A stretch of 47,955 nt of DNA from Acidobacteriaceae bacterium (GTDB lineage: Bacteria > Acidobacteriota > Terriglobia > Terriglobales > Acidobacteriaceae), in the NCBI GenBank assembly GCA_030039675.1, contig JASHVE010000441.1:1-47955 (forward strand), read 5' to 3'. Of the stretch, positions 15,704 through 25,644 are shown in pieces. The notes beneath the pieces were generated by a model. It did not search any database. It was not told the origin of the DNA and saw only the letters and a list, made by a program, of their open reading frames with translations. Position numbers and translations under genes: made by a program. Within the stretch, counting starts at the first letter, position 1, and each line of letters begins with the position of its first letter.

Positions 15704-18406
15704 CTACTGCAAATCGCGCCAGTTGGAACCAACAGCAACGTCAGCGACCAGCGGAACGCTCAGCTTGACGACGCCTTCCATCTCTTCGCGCACCAGCGCA
15801 CCCACCTCGGCTGTTTCTTCGAACGGGGCTTCGAAGAGCAGCTCATCGTGAACCTGAAGGACCATCCGCGTCTTTAAGTTGCGTTCGGTAAGCTTGCGAT
15901 CGAGTGCAATCATGGCCAGCTTGATCAGATCGGCGCCTGTGCCCTGCAGCGGGGTATTGACGGCCGTGCGTTCCGCAAAGCCGCGCTGATTCGGATTGCG
16001 GCTTTCAATGTCGGGAATGGGCCGCAGGCGGCCGAAGAGCGTACGCACGAAGCCGTCCTTGCGCGTTTGCGCCAGCGTCTTCTCGATAAAGGCTTTCACG
16101 CCCTCATAGCGCGCGAAGTAGCGGTCAATATAGGCTTTGGCCTCTGCCTGCGGAATGCCAAGTTGCGCAGCCAACCCGAAGGCCGAGATGCCATAGACGA
16201 TGCCGAAGTTCACGGCTTTGGCGCGGTCGCGCGTCTGCTTGTCCATCGATTCGATGGGAACGCCGAAGACCTCGCTGGCCGTCAGCGTGTGAATGTCAAT
16301 GTCTTCTTCGTAGGCACGCATCAGGAGGGGATCGCCGCTGAAGTGCGCCAGCAGCCGCAGTTCGATCTGCGAATAGTCGGCAGAAAGAAGCTGCGTGCTA
16401 GGACGCGCAATGAATGCGGCGCGAATTTCGCGGCCGAGCTCGGTTCGCACGGGAATATTTTGGAGATTTGGGTTTACCGACGAGAGTCTACCGGTGGCCG
16501 TGGCCGCAGCCTGAAAGGTTGTGTGGACGCGCGACTCGGAGTCCGCGAGCAGCGGTAATGCGTCAATATAGGTCGACTTGAGCTTGGCCAGCTGCCGGTA
16601 TTCGAGCACGAGCTTGGGAACCTCGTGCTGCTCAGCAAGCTGTTCGAGCACGTCCTGCGCAGTGGAGATAGTTTTACCTTTGCCACGCACATTGGGCGGT
16701 TGCAAGCCAAGATGAGTAAAGAGCACAACGGCAAGTTGTTTGGGCGAATTGATATTGAAATGCTGACCTGCCAGCTCGAAGATGCGTCCGCCGACGCGGC
16801 CGAGCTCCACACCGAATCTCTGCGAAAGCTTTTCGAGAGCCGGGGCATCAATGCGGACGCCGGCCTGCTCCATGCGGAAGAGCACGGGAACAAGCGGAAG
16901 ATCGATTTCACGGTAAGCGCGCTCGACCTGCGCCTTCCCAACCTCCGACTGGAGAACGGGAACCAGCGCCTGAATCGCGGCCGCGCCGGCCGTCGGCGTA
17001 GAAGGCGGCGACTGATTGTGGCGGGCAGCAACGTCGGCGAGGGTTTGCGTGGCGTGCGTGGGGTTGAGCGCATAGGAAAGAAGCATCGTGTCTTCAACGG
17101 CGCCGCGCAGTGTGACACCTTTGCCGGTGAGCAGATGCAGCGCCAGCTTCAAGTCGTGTGTACGTTTCGGTGTCGAAGAATCTTCCAGCAGATCACGCAG
17201 CTCGGGCGTGAGCGAAAGACGTAAGGCGATGCCCGATTCGGCGCTCACGCCAATGAACGCGCCGGACTGCTTTTCCGTCGCTTCCGCAAGGTCGAGAAGC
17301 GACAGGTTTCTCGGCGCTTCGGGCTCCACCTCTTCTTCCTGCGTAACAACTACTGCCGTCGCGGCTTCGAGCGCAAAGGCGAATCCGCTGGCGCGGGCGG
17401 CGGCGTAGAACGCAGCGATCTGCTCCTGGCTCGGTTCTTCGATTAGCGTGGTCGCAGCTGCTGTCGGCGAGGGCGCCAGGTCGCGCAGCATAGAGGTAAA
17501 TTCGAGTTCGGTGAAGAGCTCGCGGCAGGCTTCAAGGTCGGGCAGCTGGGTTTCGAGCGCAGTCAGGTCCAGTTCGAGCGGAACGTGATTGTCGATGGTG
17601 ACCAGTTCTTTGGAGAGCAGAACGGCCTCACGATTTTGCTCGAGCGACTCGCGATAGGTTTTGCGCTTGACCTCGGAAGCGCGGTTGAGCACCGCTTCGA
17701 CACTGCCAAATTCGACGATCAGATCGACGCTGCCTTTGTCGCCGATGCCAGGCGCGCCGGGGATATTGTCGACGGTATCGCCGCGCAGCGCCATCACATC
17801 CACAACTTTTTCGGGAGGCACGCCAAGGGTTTCCGTGACCTTGGCCGGATCGAGAATGAGATTGTCCTTTTGCGGGTTGAGGATTTTCACCTGCGGCGTG
17901 ACCAGCTGCATCATGTCCTTGTCGCCGGAGACGATGAAAACCTCATGCCCGCGCGCGGCGGCTTCGCGCGCCAGCGTGCCGATTACGTCGTCGGCCTCAA
18001 AACCGACCGCTTCGAGGATAGGGATACGCAGAGCTTCGAGCGCGCGGCGGATGTAGGGGATCTGGCGGCGCAGGTCATCGGGCATCGAGGCGCGGTTAGC
18101 CTTATAGCCTTCGTAGCCGACATCTTCAAAGCACTGGGTCTTGCTGTTCCACTTGCGCAACGTGCCCATGGAGCGGGCACGCTCGTCGCGAAAGACTTCG
18201 CCGCTGGGATCGAAGACAGCGGCGAAGTACTTCGGATCGAAGTCCTGGCGCAGCTTCTTGATCATGTTCACGAAGACGTAGGTAGCGGCTGTGGGCAGCC
18301 CCGAACGCGTAGACATGGGGCGGCTGCGCTGCATCGCGTGATAGGCGCGAAAGATAAACGACATGGTGTCGAGGAGGAAGACGGGCAGCTTGGATTGGTC
18401 AGGCAC
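15704..18406 (-). CDS. polA: DNA polymerase I
   Basis: 5'-3' exonuclease motifs (FRAYHA, FEADDVIG, LRGDTVDNIPG) and polymerase motifs (TGRLSS, ADYSQIELR, KAVNFGIVYG, QVHDEL). Start at GTG 18406 or TTG 18448. Confidence 0.98.
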   Translation of the reverse strand: MPDQSKLPVFLLDTMSFIFRAYHAMQRSRPMSTRSGLPTAATYVFVNMIKKLRQDFDPKYFAAVFDPSGEVFRDERARSMGTLRKWNSKTQCFEDVGYEGYKANRASMPDDLRRQIPYIRRALEALRIPILEAVGFEADDVIGTLAREAAARGHEVFIVSGDKDMMQLVTPQVKILNPQKDNLILDPAKVTETLGVPPEKVVDVMALRGDTVDNIPGAPGIGDKGSVDLIVEFGSVEAVLNRASEVKRKTYRESLEQNREAVLLSKELVTIDNHVPLELDLTALETQLPDLEACRELFTELEFTSMLRDLAPSPTAAATTLIEEPSQEQIAAFYAAARASGFAFALEAATAVVVTQEEEVEPEAPRNLSLLDLAEATEKQSGAFIGVSAESGIALRLSLTPELRDLLEDSSTPKRTHDLKLALHLLTGKGVTLRGAVEDTMLLSYALNPTHATQTLADVAARHNQSPPSTPTAGAAAIQALVPVLQSEVGKAQVERAYREIDLPLVPVLFRMEQAGVRIDAPALEKLSQRFGVELGRVGGRIFELAGQHFNINSPKQLAVVLFTHLGLQPPNVRGKGKTISTAQDVLEQLAEQHEVPKLVLEYRQLAKLKSTYIDALPLLADSESRVHTTFQAAATATGRLSSVNPNLQNIPVRTELGREIRAAFIARPSTQLLSADYSQIELRLLAHFSGDPLLMRAYEEDIDIHTLTASEVFGVPIESMDKQTRDRAKAVNFGIVYGISAFGLAAQLGIPQAEAKAYIDRYFARYEGVKAFIEKTLAQTRKDGFVRTLFGRLRPIPDIESRNPNQRGFAERTAVNTPLQGTGADLIKLAMIALDRKLTERNLKTRMVLQVHDELLFEAPFEETAEVGALVREEMEGVVKLSVPLVADVAVGSNWRDLQ

Positions 18407-18440
18407 GCTAGAGAGTTTATCAGCCGCGTGTGGCACGGAC

Positions 18441-19547
18441 TCAGCCAATCAACATGCAATCGCCGTAGCTGAAGAAGCGGTATCGGGCCTCGACTGCGTG
18501 ACGATATGCGGCGAGCATGCGCTCGCGGCCGGCGAAGGCGCTCACCAGCATCAATAAACTGGATTGCGGAAGATGAAAATTGGTGAGCAATGCGTTGACA
18601 AGTCGGAACGAGAACCCAGGCGCGATAAAGATCTTCGTCTCGCCGGAATGGGGCTCCAATGCACTGCCCTGCGCACGCAGAGCAACCGACTCCAGTGTGC
18701 GCACTACGGTGGTACCCACAGCAACGATGCGGCGACCCTCGGCAACGGCCCGGCTGATTGCGTCTATCGTGGAGGCGCTCAACGTATAGCGTTCGCGATG
18801 AAGATGAACCTCTCGGACTCGTTCGACATGGAGCGGAGCGAATGTACCGAGGCCAACGTGCAGAGTGATCCGCGCAACTTCGACTCCATTTGCTGCGAGC
18901 GCTTGCAGCATCTTGTGGGTAAAGTGCAGTCCAGCCGTGGGTGCGGCGACGGAGCCGCGTTCGTGCGCAAAGACGGTCTGGTAGCGTTCCCGGTCGGACG
19001 CGGCGTCGTCCCGATGAATATAGGGCGGAAGCGGCATGTGGCCGATGCGGTCGAGAACTGCGAAGAAGTCGTCTGTCGGCTCGAATCGCAAAAGCCGCTC
19101 GCCGAAGTGGCCGCGCTCGAGAACCTCGGCTTCGAGCACGATCTCACCGGTGGGTGCGGGAAAGACGAGACGCTCGCCGATGGCGACTTTTCTTCCCGGC
19201 CGGACGAGAGCGCGCCAGCGATTCTTGTCGACAGGCTCCGTCAGCATCACTTCAATGCGGCCGGTTGGTCGCTCGCGTTCGCGAACCAGCGTGCGGCGAG
19301 CGCAAAGGCGTGCAGGAATGACGCGGCTGTCATTGAGCACCAGCAAATCACCCGAATTGAGCAGCGAAGGAAGTGCCGCGAAACTCGAATCCTGAAAAGC
19401 TCCGCTGGTGCGGCTCATCACCAGCATGCGGCTTTGGCCGCGTTCAGCGGGCGGTTGTTGTGCGATGAGTTCCTCAGGGAGATCGAAGTCGAAGTCGGCG
19501 ACGCGGAGGTCTTCGAGGTTCTCCAATTTATCTCTGTGACCGGTCAT
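18441..19547 (-). CDS. queA: S-adenosylmethionine:tRNA ribosyltransferase-isomerase
   Basis: [55 protein letters not shown]; ATGA overlap with the upstream gene. Confidence 0.97.
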   Translation of the reverse strand: MTGHRDKLENLEDLRVADFDFDLPEELIAQQPPAERGQSRMLVMSRTSGAFQDSSFAALPSLLNSGDLLVLNDSRVIPARLCARRTLVRERERPTGRIEVMLTEPVDKNRWRALVRPGRKVAIGERLVFPAPTGEIVLEAEVLERGHFGERLLRFEPTDDFFAVLDRIGHMPLPPYIHRDDAASDRERYQTVFAHERGSVAAPTAGLHFTHKMLQALAANGVEVARITLHVGLGTFAPLHVERVREVHLHRERYTLSASTIDAISRAVAEGRRIVAVGTTVVRTLESVALRAQGSALEPHSGETKIFIAPGFSFRLVNALLTNFHLPQSSLLMLVSAFAGRERMLAAYRHAVEARYRFFSYGDCMLIG

Positions 19548-20239
19548 ACCGCGGCCCTTCCGAAGTACTTGAGAGCGCTGAGCCGTGCGCGTTCGATCGC
19601 CGCGTTTAACTCTTCGCGCTTGGATTCGAAGCTCTCTTCGGCAAGATCGGTTGCAACGCGGGTCCACCGCACCCAACTCACCACAATGCGAGTAAACGGC
19701 TTGGGCACGAGGAAATGGTCCCAGGAGCGCATGGTCCAGGCGTGCTCGGGCTCGAGATGGAATGCGCCAATCTGCGCGCCGGTCATCTGCGCCAGCTTGA
19801 TGGGACCTATCTTAGTGCGATAGATTGGGCCGCGCGGCCCGTCAGCGGTAAAGATGGCCGGGCGGCCATCTTCGATGACGCGCTTGAGGCCCAGCAACCC
19901 CTCCCGCGCACCCCGGGAGCTGGAGCCTCGCGCAGCGCGAAAGCCGAAGAGTGCGAGAATGCGGGTGATCAGCTCACCATCAAAACTGCGGCTGATGAGG
20001 ATGGTTGCCCCCGTGCGGCGAAAGTAGAGCGCGCACGGTAGCACGCACTGATGCCAAAAGCAGAAGATCTCAGCTCCGGCACCTTTGCCGTAAGGTAGCG
20101 GTGTGGCGCCTTCCTCTGCAATGACCTCGAAGCGCCAGGTGGAGCCGACGATCCAGAGCAGGGCCCACACAATGCGCGGAAGGATGGCGAGCGCGAGGCG
20201 CTGCCGCAATGAGAACCTGGCGCTGGCTTCAGTGATCAC
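19544..20239 (-). CDS. Lysophospholipid-acyltransferase-family (DUF374) protein
   Basis: [36 protein letters not shown]. Confidence 0.88.
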   Translation of the reverse strand: MITEASARFSLRQRLALAILPRIVWALLWIVGSTWRFEVIAEEGATPLPYGKGAGAEIFCFWHQCVLPCALYFRRTGATILISRSFDGELITRILALFGFRAARGSSSRGAREGLLGLKRVIEDGRPAIFTADGPRGPIYRTKIGPIKLAQMTGAQIGAFHLEPEHAWTMRSWDHFLVPKPFTRIVVSWVRWTRVATDLAEESFESKREELNAAIERARLSALKYFGRAAV

Positions 20240-20271
20240 TCAGATGATTTTAGTGTAAGCATCCGAGAATA

Positions 20272-20305
20272 CAGATCCTTCAATTCTGCTTCATTGCTCT
20301 CAGGA
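20272..20305 (+). repeat. Degenerate second-family REP-like remnant overlapping the permease stop codon
   Basis: CAGATCCTTCAATTCTGCTTCATTGCTCTCAGGA; similar to 3730-3768. Confidence 0.35.
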
Positions 20306-21544
20306 ATAGCGCAGCCAGCGCAGCAGCTCGGGCAGCGTGGCGCGTTTTCCGTACATCAGAATGCCGACGCGATAGAGACGCGACGAGAACCACAGCGTGG
20401 CCCATATGCTGAGAAGCAGCAAGCCGATCGACGCGGCAAACTGCCATACCGGCGGAATCTCCGAGGCCATACGCAAGAACATGACGATGGGCGCGGTGGG
20501 TGGAAAGAGCGATGCTGTAACCGACCAGAACGAGTTCGAGTCGTTGATGATGAGGAGAATCAGCGAAAAGCTCAGCCAGGTGGGCGCAGCGGCAAGCGGC
20601 ATGTACATTTGCAGTTCCTGCTCGGTTTCACAGGTTGCGGCGAGGCCCGCGAAGAGCGAGCTATAAAGCAGATAGCCAAGCAGGAAATACACCGGAAAGA
20701 GGATGCCTTCAGTCCACGAAAAATGAATCGAGAACTGGCCGCTGAGAATGGCTGCAGCAAAGGGTGAACCGATGATCGCCAGCCCCGCAACGAGCCAGAT
20801 GGCGATCTGTGTGAGGCCCACGGCGCCTACGCCGATAAGCTTGCCGGCGAGCAGGTCGGCCGGCTTCGCGGTTGCCAGCATTACTTCAAAGATCCGCGAG
20901 GTTTTCTCCTGGATGATGGAGCGGGCCACGTTGAGGCCATAGATCATGGTGGTCATGGAGAGCAGAATCGCCATGGCGTAACCCTTCCAGAAGGAGGCTT
21001 GCGCATTGGTCTTCACCACGGAGCCGTCTTTCTTTACCTGGAAGGTCGCAATCGGAATGCCTTTGATGACAGCGTTCGAAGTGGCCTGGTTTATTCCGGT
21101 CGAGTCCAGATGCTCTCTCACCAAGCCCGTATCGAGCGCGTCCTTGAGGCGTGCCCCGGTCATGAAGTCGCCAGCGGCCTGCGATGTATAGGACGCTGTG
21201 GGAACGCTGCCTGTACCGTCGATCCACAAAAAGCCGTCGATCGATCTGTCCTGCACTTGCTGGATGAGGCCAGTGCGCGTTTCGGGTCCGGAAGGAGCGA
21301 CGACGTCTATATTGGCTTTCCTGCCTTCATCGGCCAGCAACTGGGAACGAACTTCCACGGCCAATTGAGGGTCGGAGGAAGCAATCACGATGTGTTTGCG
21401 CGCACCAAGGCCGCGCCCCGAAAGATAGGCAACGCCAACGATCAGCGCGAAGAGCGCGGGCAGCCCAATGGTGGACAAGCGGAAAGCGCGGCCGCGAATC
21501 TGCTCCATATATTCGCGGCGCGCGATGAGCAGCATGTTACGCAT
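20300..21544 (-). CDS. ABC-2 transporter permease (NatB/YhaP-like)
   Basis: IARREY, IIQEKTSRIFEVML, LLAGKLIG, multiple TM segments, YRVGILMYGK. Confidence 0.92.
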   Translation of the reverse strand: MRNMLLIARREYMEQIRGRAFRLSTIGLPALFALIVGVAYLSGRGLGARKHIVIASSDPQLAVEVRSQLLADEGRKANIDVVAPSGPETRTGLIQQVQDRSIDGFLWIDGTGSVPTASYTSQAAGDFMTGARLKDALDTGLVREHLDSTGINQATSNAVIKGIPIATFQVKKDGSVVKTNAQASFWKGYAMAILLSMTTMIYGLNVARSIIQEKTSRIFEVMLATAKPADLLAGKLIGVGAVGLTQIAIWLVAGLAIIGSPFAAAILSGQFSIHFSWTEGILFPVYFLLGYLLYSSLFAGLAATCETEQELQMYMPLAAAPTWLSFSLILLIINDSNSFWSVTASLFPPTAPIVMFLRMASEIPPVWQFAASIGLLLLSIWATLWFSSRLYRVGILMYGKRATLPELLRWLRYS

Positions 21545-22439
21545 CCGCCTTGCCTCCTACGGTCTGGATGAAGATCTCTTCAAGTGAAGGTTCAACCAGC
21601 TCAAATCGATAAATAGCCGCCATGTTGGATGCCTGCTGCAAAAGCTTTTGAGCGTTGCCGTGTTCCTTGAGACGGATCTCGGCGTGACCGGAGAAGTTTC
21701 GGGCTTCAGCAACCTCTTCGCTGTTGAGAAAAGCAGAGTCTCCTTCGAACTCAACGATCACGCGGTTACGCTCGTAGCGGCTTTTGATCTCGCGGACCTT
21801 GCCAGAGAGCACGGCCTGGCCGCGGTTGACGAGACAGATTGAATCGCACAGCTTCTCCACCTGGTCCATGCGGTGCGTAGAGAAGAGTACGGCCTTGCCC
21901 CGCTCTTTCAGCTCAATCAACGTCCGCTCGAGCAATGCAGCGTTCACGGGATCAAGCCCACTGAAGGGCTCATCCATGATGATCAATCCTGGATCATGCA
22001 AAATGGCTCCAATGAAATGAATCTTTTGCTGCATTCCTTTCGAGAGCTCTTCGGTTTTCTTGTCGAGCGCATCGGCAATCTCCAGCCTTCCGGCCCACTC
22101 GACGGCACGCTTACGCGCTTCACCCGCCTCGACGCCATGCAGCCGCGCAAAAAAGACCAGCTGCTCCAGAACTCTCATCTTCTTGTAGAGGCCGCGCTCC
22201 TCAGGCAAATAGCCTACGCGTTCGAGACTCTTTCGGTCGAAGGGTTTTTCAAAGAGCTGGATGCGGCCTGAGTCGGGCATCGTGATGCCCATCATCATGC
22301 GAATGGAACTGGTTTTGCCAGCACCGTTGGGCCCGAGCAAACCGAACATCTGTCCCGCTTCAATCGATAGGCTGAGATGATTGACGGCAATCTTGTCCTC
22401 ATAGGCCTTTGTCACCCCCGCGAGTTCAACTACTGGCAT
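21537..22439 (-). CDS. ABC-2 transporter ATP-binding protein (YhaQ-like)
   Basis: GPNGAGKT, LSKGMQQ, IMDEPFSGLDP, STH; GGGAG SD before MPVVELAG. Confidence 0.95.
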   Translation of the reverse strand: MPVVELAGVTKAYEDKIAVNHLSLSIEAGQMFGLLGPNGAGKTSSIRMMMGITMPDSGRIQLFEKPFDRKSLERVGYLPEERGLYKKMRVLEQLVFFARLHGVEAGEARKRAVEWAGRLEIADALDKKTEELSKGMQQKIHFIGAILHDPGLIIMDEPFSGLDPVNAALLERTLIELKERGKAVLFSTHRMDQVEKLCDSICLVNRGQAVLSGKVREIKSRYERNRVIVEFEGDSAFLNSEEVAEARNFSGHAEIRLKEHGNAQKLLQQASNMAAIYRFELVEPSLEEIFIQTVGGKADA

Positions 22440-22856
22440 GGATGCTCCCGCCGCGATTGATTGTTCCGGAACCGGTCTCATAACCAAGTTCATCCGCTCG
22501 CTGACGACCTGGGACCCGCCTTGTTGTCGGGCCCCATACTTGCGCATTAAGGTGCGCGAGCACTTATGGAAACGGCTGTAATCCCTGATCGACTGGGAAA
22601 CGGTCTTGAAGCAGTTTAGCAAAGGCAGGCGAAGAGGCTATTCATGCGCGGAACTACGCTCTGTGCGCCACTCTGCAGTCACGTTACCTTCGGGTTTACT
22701 TTCGCGGCATGAACTGCTGCTGTTTGCATTTTTTCGGTGCAATTCTCTGGAAATCACGCTGAAACGATTACCAAAGCGCCACGCAAAAACCGACGAAAGA
22801 GGGAGCCTCAAAAGCGAAAGAAGCGGTTAGATTGTTGATACGTCCAGGAGAGTCCG

Positions 22857-24149
22857 ATGGCAACTTTGCTGTCCATGCAAGATTATGACTGCGACTCCGG
22901 GAAACTGTTCGGACCGGCATCGAAGCCGCGCCGCTTGGCAGAGCTCGATGTGCGTCAGGCAGTTCTAGAGGACCTAATATTAAAGATTCTCTATTTAGCC
23001 GGTGCCCTTTCCCTTCTTGAGCTCGCAGAGCGCACGCGCCTCAGCTATGAAGTGCTCGACGAGCTGTTCTGTAAGCTGCGTTCTCAGACACTGGTTCAAG
23101 TGACGGGTATGAGCAGCAACGTTCCGCAGATCGCCCTCACTGCACACGGCCGGACGCGGGCTGCCGAGTTGCTGCACCAAAGCCAGTACGCGGGCTGCGC
23201 TCCGGTTTCGCTGGATAGCTATGTGAACCAGACCCGGAAGCAGAGCGTGCAGAAGGTCGAAGTGCATCCCGCAGACGTGCGCCGCGCATTCAATCACCTG
23301 GTTCTGGATGACGCGACGCTGGACCAGTTTGGCACTGCGCTTAACTCCGGCAGTTCAGTTTTTCTGTACGGACCGGCCGGAGCTGGAAAAACAACAATTG
23401 CCGAGGTTCTCTCGCGTGTGCTTGCTGAAGATGAAGTCTGGATTCCGCATGCCATCGAGGTGGACGGCCAAATCATCACGGTCTTTGACCCGGCCATTCA
23501 CGAAGAAGTGCCGCAGTCGGCTCCCGAAAGCTACGATACGCGCTGGGTACTGTGCCGCCGTCCCGCGGTGATGGTTGGTGGTGAGCTTACTGCCGAGATG
23601 CTCGACATGCAGTTCAATCCGATCTCGAAGTTTTATGTGTGCCCGGCGCAGATGAAGGCCAACAACGGCGTCTTCATCATCGACGATTTCGGCCGCCAGC
23701 GCATACGTCCCGATGAACTTCTGAACAGGTGGATAGTTCCTCTCGACCGGAGAATCGATTTCCTCACGTTGGTAGGCGGGAAGAAGATCGAGATCCCGTT
23801 TGAAATGCTGGTGGTCTTCGCGTCGAATACGAACCCGGCCGAGTTGGTCGACCCCGCCTTCTTGCGGCGCATTCAAACCAAGATCAAGATTGGAGCGGTC
23901 TCTGACGAGCAGTTCTCCGAGATCTTCCGCAGGGTCGCTCAGGACAAACGTGTCTCCTACGATCCGGAGATTCCAGGCGATCTGATTACTTTCATCCGCA
24001 GTTCGCTGCGACAGGAACTGCGGTCCTGCTATCCGCGGGATATCGTCAATCAGGTCTGCTGGGCGGCGCGCTACGAAGGCAAAAAGCCACATCTGGATCA
24101 CCCCGCACTGCGGCGGGCGATCGAAGCGTATTTTCCAATCAATACGTAA
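22857..24149 (+). CDS. Uncharacterised AAA+ family ATPase with a probable N-terminal winged helix
   Basis: Walker A GPAGAGKT, GGELT..MLD, Walker B FIIDDFGRQ, VFASN, DPAFLRRI; AGGAG SD. Confidence 0.88.
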   Translation: MATLLSMQDYDCDSGKLFGPASKPRRLAELDVRQAVLEDLILKILYLAGALSLLELAERTRLSYEVLDELFCKLRSQTLVQVTGMSSNVPQIALTAHGRTRAAELLHQSQYAGCAPVSLDSYVNQTRKQSVQKVEVHPADVRRAFNHLVLDDATLDQFGTALNSGSSVFLYGPAGAGKTTIAEVLSRVLAEDEVWIPHAIEVDGQIITVFDPAIHEEVPQSAPESYDTRWVLCRRPAVMVGGELTAEMLDMQFNPISKFYVCPAQMKANNGVFIIDDFGRQRIRPDELLNRWIVPLDRRIDFLTLVGGKKIEIPFEMLVVFASNTNPAELVDPAFLRRIQTKIKIGAVSDEQFSEIFRRVAQDKRVSYDPEIPGDLITFIRSSLRQELRSCYPRDIVNQVCWAARYEGKKPHLDHPALRRAIEAYFPINT

Positions 24150-24151
24150 CC

Positions 24152-25510
24152 TTACACGAGCTTCATTGCCTCGGGGTCCCAATGCACGACGGCGCCGCGC
24201 TCCATGCTGAGATTGCTCAGGAGCGCTGCGCCGGCTGCGCGGAAACCGAACACGGCATCTTCGACGACCGGCTTGCGCGAGCGCACTGAGGCAAAGAAAT
24301 TCCTGAAGTGATCGTAGCTGTCGCTGTATCCGGCCGGCGCCTGATACTTTTCATAGCCGGTGCGCGGCTCACCCTCAGGATGCGTGCGCGGATATTTCTT
24401 CCCATACTCCTCGAGGATCTGCCGCTGCATAGCCTCCGTAAAGCTGCCGATCATGTAGCCGGGCTCTTTTTCGCGCGGCACGCGATTTACGCTCACGGAA
24501 TTTCCGGCGATCTCCATCGTGCCTTCCGAGCCGGTGAAGACCAGGCCTTCGCTCTCTTCGCCGCCGTCGACAAAATTCACGCGCAGGCTGAGGTTGAAGC
24601 CCTCGGGATAATCGAAAAGGCCAAGCATGACGTCGGGGACGTTGCGGCCGTCGTTCCAGAAACGCAGGCCGCCGGTGGCCATGCCGCGTGTAGGCCCCTG
24701 CGAACCGGTGATGAAGTGGGTGCCGCTAAAGAGGTGAACAAAAAGATCGCCGGCCACGCCGCTTCCATAGGCCTTCCATTTGCGCCACTGGAAGAACTGC
24801 TCCGCATCGAAGGGGATCTTGGGCGCTGTGCCCAGAAAGCGTGGCCAATCGCAGGTTTCCGTTGAGGCATCGAGCGGAACCGTGTAATCCCATGCGCCGA
24901 TGGCAGAGTTGCGGTCCCAATGCGCGGTCACCATGTTCAGTTTGCCGATGGCGCCGGAGGCAAGCAGCTCTTTGGCCTTCGCGTAAATCATGGAGCTGAC
25001 GCGCTGGCTGCCCACCTGGAGGATGCGGCCGGTGGAGCGCGTAGTTTCGATCATCTCCGGACCGTCGGCGTAGAGATGGATCATCGGCTTTTCGCAGTAC
25101 ACGTCCTTGCCCGCCTTCATCGCGTCGACGGAGGCCTGTTTGTGCCAGTGGTCGGGCGTGCCGATGATGACCGCGTCGATGTCCTTGCGGGCGAGGATTT
25201 CGTTGTAATCGCGAGTGGTCTGGATGTCGTCGCCCCAGACTTCTTTCGAATGCTCCAGGCGACCGTTGTAGCAGTCGGCGACGGCAACAAGCTTGACACC
25301 GGGCACCTGCACGGCAATGCTCGTGTCGTATTGTCCCTGTCCGCCTGCACCGATGAGCGCGATCTGAATGTGATCGTTGGGGGAAACGGGCCGGACCGGC
25401 TGCTCTTGAACAGCGGCCAGCGCATGAACTTTTCCAACAAACATCATACCCGCCGATGCTGCTCCAGCCGATTTCAAAAAGCCTCTGCGATTCAAAGCCG
25501 ACACAACCAT
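24152..25510 (-). CDS. Gfo/Idh/MocA oxidoreductase with a Tat signal
   Basis: NRRGFLK twin-arginine motif, IGAGGQG, TPDHWH, YCEKP; AGGAGG SD. Confidence 0.93.
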   Translation of the reverse strand: MVVSALNRRGFLKSAGAASAGMMFVGKVHALAAVQEQPVRPVSPNDHIQIALIGAGGQGQYDTSIAVQVPGVKLVAVADCYNGRLEHSKEVWGDDIQTTRDYNEILARKDIDAVIIGTPDHWHKQASVDAMKAGKDVYCEKPMIHLYADGPEMIETTRSTGRILQVGSQRVSSMIYAKAKELLASGAIGKLNMVTAHWDRNSAIGAWDYTVPLDASTETCDWPRFLGTAPKIPFDAEQFFQWRKWKAYGSGVAGDLFVHLFSGTHFITGSQGPTRGMATGGLRFWNDGRNVPDVMLGLFDYPEGFNLSLRVNFVDGGEESEGLVFTGSEGTMEIAGNSVSVNRVPREKEPGYMIGSFTEAMQRQILEEYGKKYPRTHPEGEPRTGYEKYQAPAGYSDSYDHFRNFFASVRSRKPVVEDAVFGFRAAGAALLSNLSMERGAVVHWDPEAMKLV

Positions 25511-25644
25511 CCCTCCTGAGCGCGACTCATGCGCCGCATATAACCATACACGGTGCGCAACGGCGAACGGAGGGCCTCGGACGGCTGGTTCGTTTTTTTT
25601 CCTCTGTTTGTTCCGCCGCGTATTGGCCATTTAGCATCCATTCT

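Noticed and set aside
25588-25613. Possible LexA box upstream of recG
   Set aside because: The TTC-containing half-sites are not at the N7 spacing.
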